Shown in pieces: positions 61,518 to 64,000 of a stretch of DNA of 64,000 nt. Source of the stretch: Tubulanus polymorphus (Eukaryota > Animalia > Nemertea). How positions within the stretch are numbered: position 1 is the first letter of the stretch; each line of letters opens with the position of its first letter. Where the stretch lies: positions 1-64,000 of the forward strand of contig NW_027437437.1 of NCBI RefSeq assembly GCF_964204645.1. The letters are read 5' to 3'. A program made the position numbers and the translations under genes. The notes under the pieces are model-generated. The model did not search any database. It was not told the origin of the DNA and was given only the letters and a program-made list of their open reading frames with translations.

Positions 61518-62780
61518 ATACACTAAATTAGTTTTTTTCAAAAAATAGAAGTAAAATTCTAGAAAGGAGTGTTGAACAGATACTTTCACTGCATACAGAT
61601 CAGCTACATGATTTAAATGGTTCAGTTATTTTGATTGAAATTCAACAGGTAAATGATACATAGATAATTATTGCAGAGCGGAGAACTAGAGTATAGTGAA
61701 TTGCAATGAGACTACACTCTAAAACACACATATACACAAAAATTGGAGGCCACAGAGCCAATACTGTTATCTATTTAAGTAACTATAATACTGAGAACAT
61801 TTTGACTGATAATCCTGTAAACAGGAGGGGTACCTACGTCTATAGAACACATTAAACAATTTCGAAATTAAACACTATAATTTCAACAAGGTATATTTCT
61901 AAAAGGAAATATACTGCGACAGGTGGTTTTGTTAAGTTATATGACAATAAAATTAATAGGCTCAAGAAATATAAGTGTTGTAGTCCTGTAGGCATTAGTT
62001 ATAAAGAATGAATGATCAATAATTAAAGAATGAACAATTGAAAGTATGAAAATAAATGAAACAAGTTTATTTAAAAAGGAAGCACCACAATGTCAATATA
62101 ACGTGTAATTAGAAAGGAAATATTACATTATTTACATAATCAAACAGAATAAAATGAAATATAAATTGTAGCAAGAGTCACCAAACATCAAGAATTAGCC
62201 TTACACTGAATGTAGGCTTATGTGTACACCTTTATGAAATTGCATCTAAATTTGAATTGTAAAAAATTAAATCTTAGCAAGAATTAGAAATATACTGTGA
62301 AGATTGGCTTGCAATATTTAAAAATGAATGTTAAGATAAGAAGTAGAAACCACATTGAACTGAACTTCAAACCTTTAAGCATGAGTAGATGTTTAAATAA
62401 CATCAGAGATATATAGTTATATACAAAAATAAGCTGTAAGAATCAGAAATATCCGTAATAAGATAAGATAATTACAAACAGAACTAAATCTAGTGTCCGC
62501 ACCGTCAGATAGAAGTCTATTAATTTACAAAAATACATATTAAATGTAAGAATTAAAAATCAGATTACATAATTTCATGTGAAGCTAACTCTTAAGCTTA
62601 ACAGAAATTACAGTCAAGATGCAACAGTTTCATGCAAAATCAAAGAGAAATCTAGTAAGGTACAAAATATTACTCTACATGTATGAATCAGAAATCAGAG
62701 TAAAGATTGTCTTAAACTATGCAAAATTTACTCTGAAGCTTATCAAAAATTACAGTCATGATGCAACAGTTTCATGCAAA

Positions 62781-62892
62781 TGTGATGTATGTAGCTTTCG
62801 GAAATTAGTTTGACTGAATGAAGACACTTCCGTTTAGAGTACAATGAATGGCGTTAGAGTTCATTGATAATCGGCCAGCAGGAAACGTCACA
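62781..62892 (+). mobile_element. Short 5' LTR of a Gypsy element, followed by a PBS
   Basis: tgtgatgt...acgtcaca; PBS tggcgacgagg at 62897-62907. Confidence 0.75.
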
Positions 62893-62944
62893 TTCTTGGC
62901 GACGAGGAAAATTTAATATCGTTCTCCAACCGAGTGTAGAAGGA

Positions 62945-64000
62945 ATGAGTATGGCTTCTGCTTATATCGGTTCGATAAATGAGTATTCTCCGCAAAAGGA
63001 AGAATGGAAAAACTATCAATGTAGACTCGAGGCGTGGATGAGGGTAAATAAAATTTCAAATGAAAGCAAAACAGACGTCCTTCTATCAATGATTGGGCCT
63101 GAAACTTTCGAACTTTTAGTAAATCTAACCATGCCAAAGGCTCCTTCCGATGAAAAATACGAAGATCTCACAGCCTTGTTAGAAGCTCACCACAAACCTC
63201 CGTCCACAACAATGGGTGAACGGTACAAATTTAATATGAGGCGCCAGTCCTCGACAGAGACTTTGTCGGAATACAGTGTAGCTCTGAAGAAACTTGCTTT
63301 GTCGTGTGAGTTTGGAGTATCCCTGGAGGATCAACTCCGACGAAATCGGTTTGTCGCTGGAATTAGAAGTGAACCTATCCGCAAAAAACTACTTGGTTCG
63401 TCAAAATTAGTTTGGAAAGAAGCATGCAAGGATGCCCTTGCTATGGAAACGGCATCCCTGGTGTCAAAGCAGATGTCAGTCGGGTCGACTTCGAATCCCA
63501 GTGAAGGCGATGTTAATATGGTCAAATCGCGTACCGGTAATAATAATAGTAACTTTGGTAGAAAGCTGCAGATTAATCAACAGTGCTTTCGTTGTCACGG
63601 AACGGACATTTAGTGGACAGTTGCAGATTTCGTGGATCTGAATGTCACAAATATAATAAAACTGGGCACATCGCGAAAGCATGTCGTACAAATTTGAAAA
63701 ACACCGATAGGAGAAAAACCGCCGCTCGTGTTAACAATCGTACAAGCAGATCGTTTCATGGTGGTGCTACTTCGTATCTTCAAGAAAATTCTGTTGCCGA
63801 TACAGATAATGATTACAACACTAGTTTTGACGACTTGTACACCGTGAATGGTAAAACTGGCAATTGTAAAAATGTAATCAAGGGTTACACTGCAGAGATA
63901 GTTAAACAGGAAACCGATGATATATTTTTCAGAGCTAGACCTACACCGTATGCATTATTAGACAAGGTATAAAACAATCTTAAAAGATCTGTTGAAATGA
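62945..64000 (+). pseudogene. Gypsy (Mag-like) gag with two CCHC-type knuckles; protease region deleted, then start of RT
   Basis: EEWKNYQCRLE, LLSMIG, ERYKFNMRRQ, CEFG, RFVAGIRS; CFRCHG..H...C; FFRARPTPYAL. Confidence 0.88.

Noticed and set aside
60689-62780. Short repeats (cacaagagat x3; duplicated aattacagtca..atgcaacagtt)
   Set aside because: Ordinary local duplications in AT-rich intergenic DNA, with no supportable function.

Overview
AT-rich eukaryotic (probably animal) transposon-graveyard locus with no recognisable host gene. It is dominated by Polinton/Maverick (polintovirus/adintovirus-like) endogenous viral elements. Copy B (36734-55924, 19.2 kb) is complete, with AGT...ACT ends, 51-bp outer TIRs and a 5-bp GTGCT TSD. 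Copy A (1-16158) is near-identical to B but truncated (constant offset 37844). Copy C (about 19378-29166) is a diverged, rearranged relative, and a scrap of a fourth pPolB lies at 29167-29415. In A and B the pPolB and chromo-integrase ORFs are intact, while the putative MCP, penton, packaging ATPase and several membrane-protein genes are disrupted. Copy B sits in a reconstructable nest: old Polinton pPolB < BEL/Pao retrotransposon < THAP/DDE + YqaJ (ISL2EU-like) transposon < Polinton B < solo LTR. A MULE-like element is also inserted in the BEL. The most unusual observations are these. (1) Each Polinton end is a long, end-specific palindrome with a GC-rich tip. (2) Nearly all structural-module genes start in a T-tract...TAAATG context resembling poxvirus late promoters. 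(3) A 27-bp GC-rich palindromic micro-insert sits in frame in three unrelated viral genes. (4) There is a suite of membrane proteins and no visible adenain protease. (5) Different gene cassettes are swapped behind the terminal promoter. All family calls come from motif recognition by eye; no searches were run.
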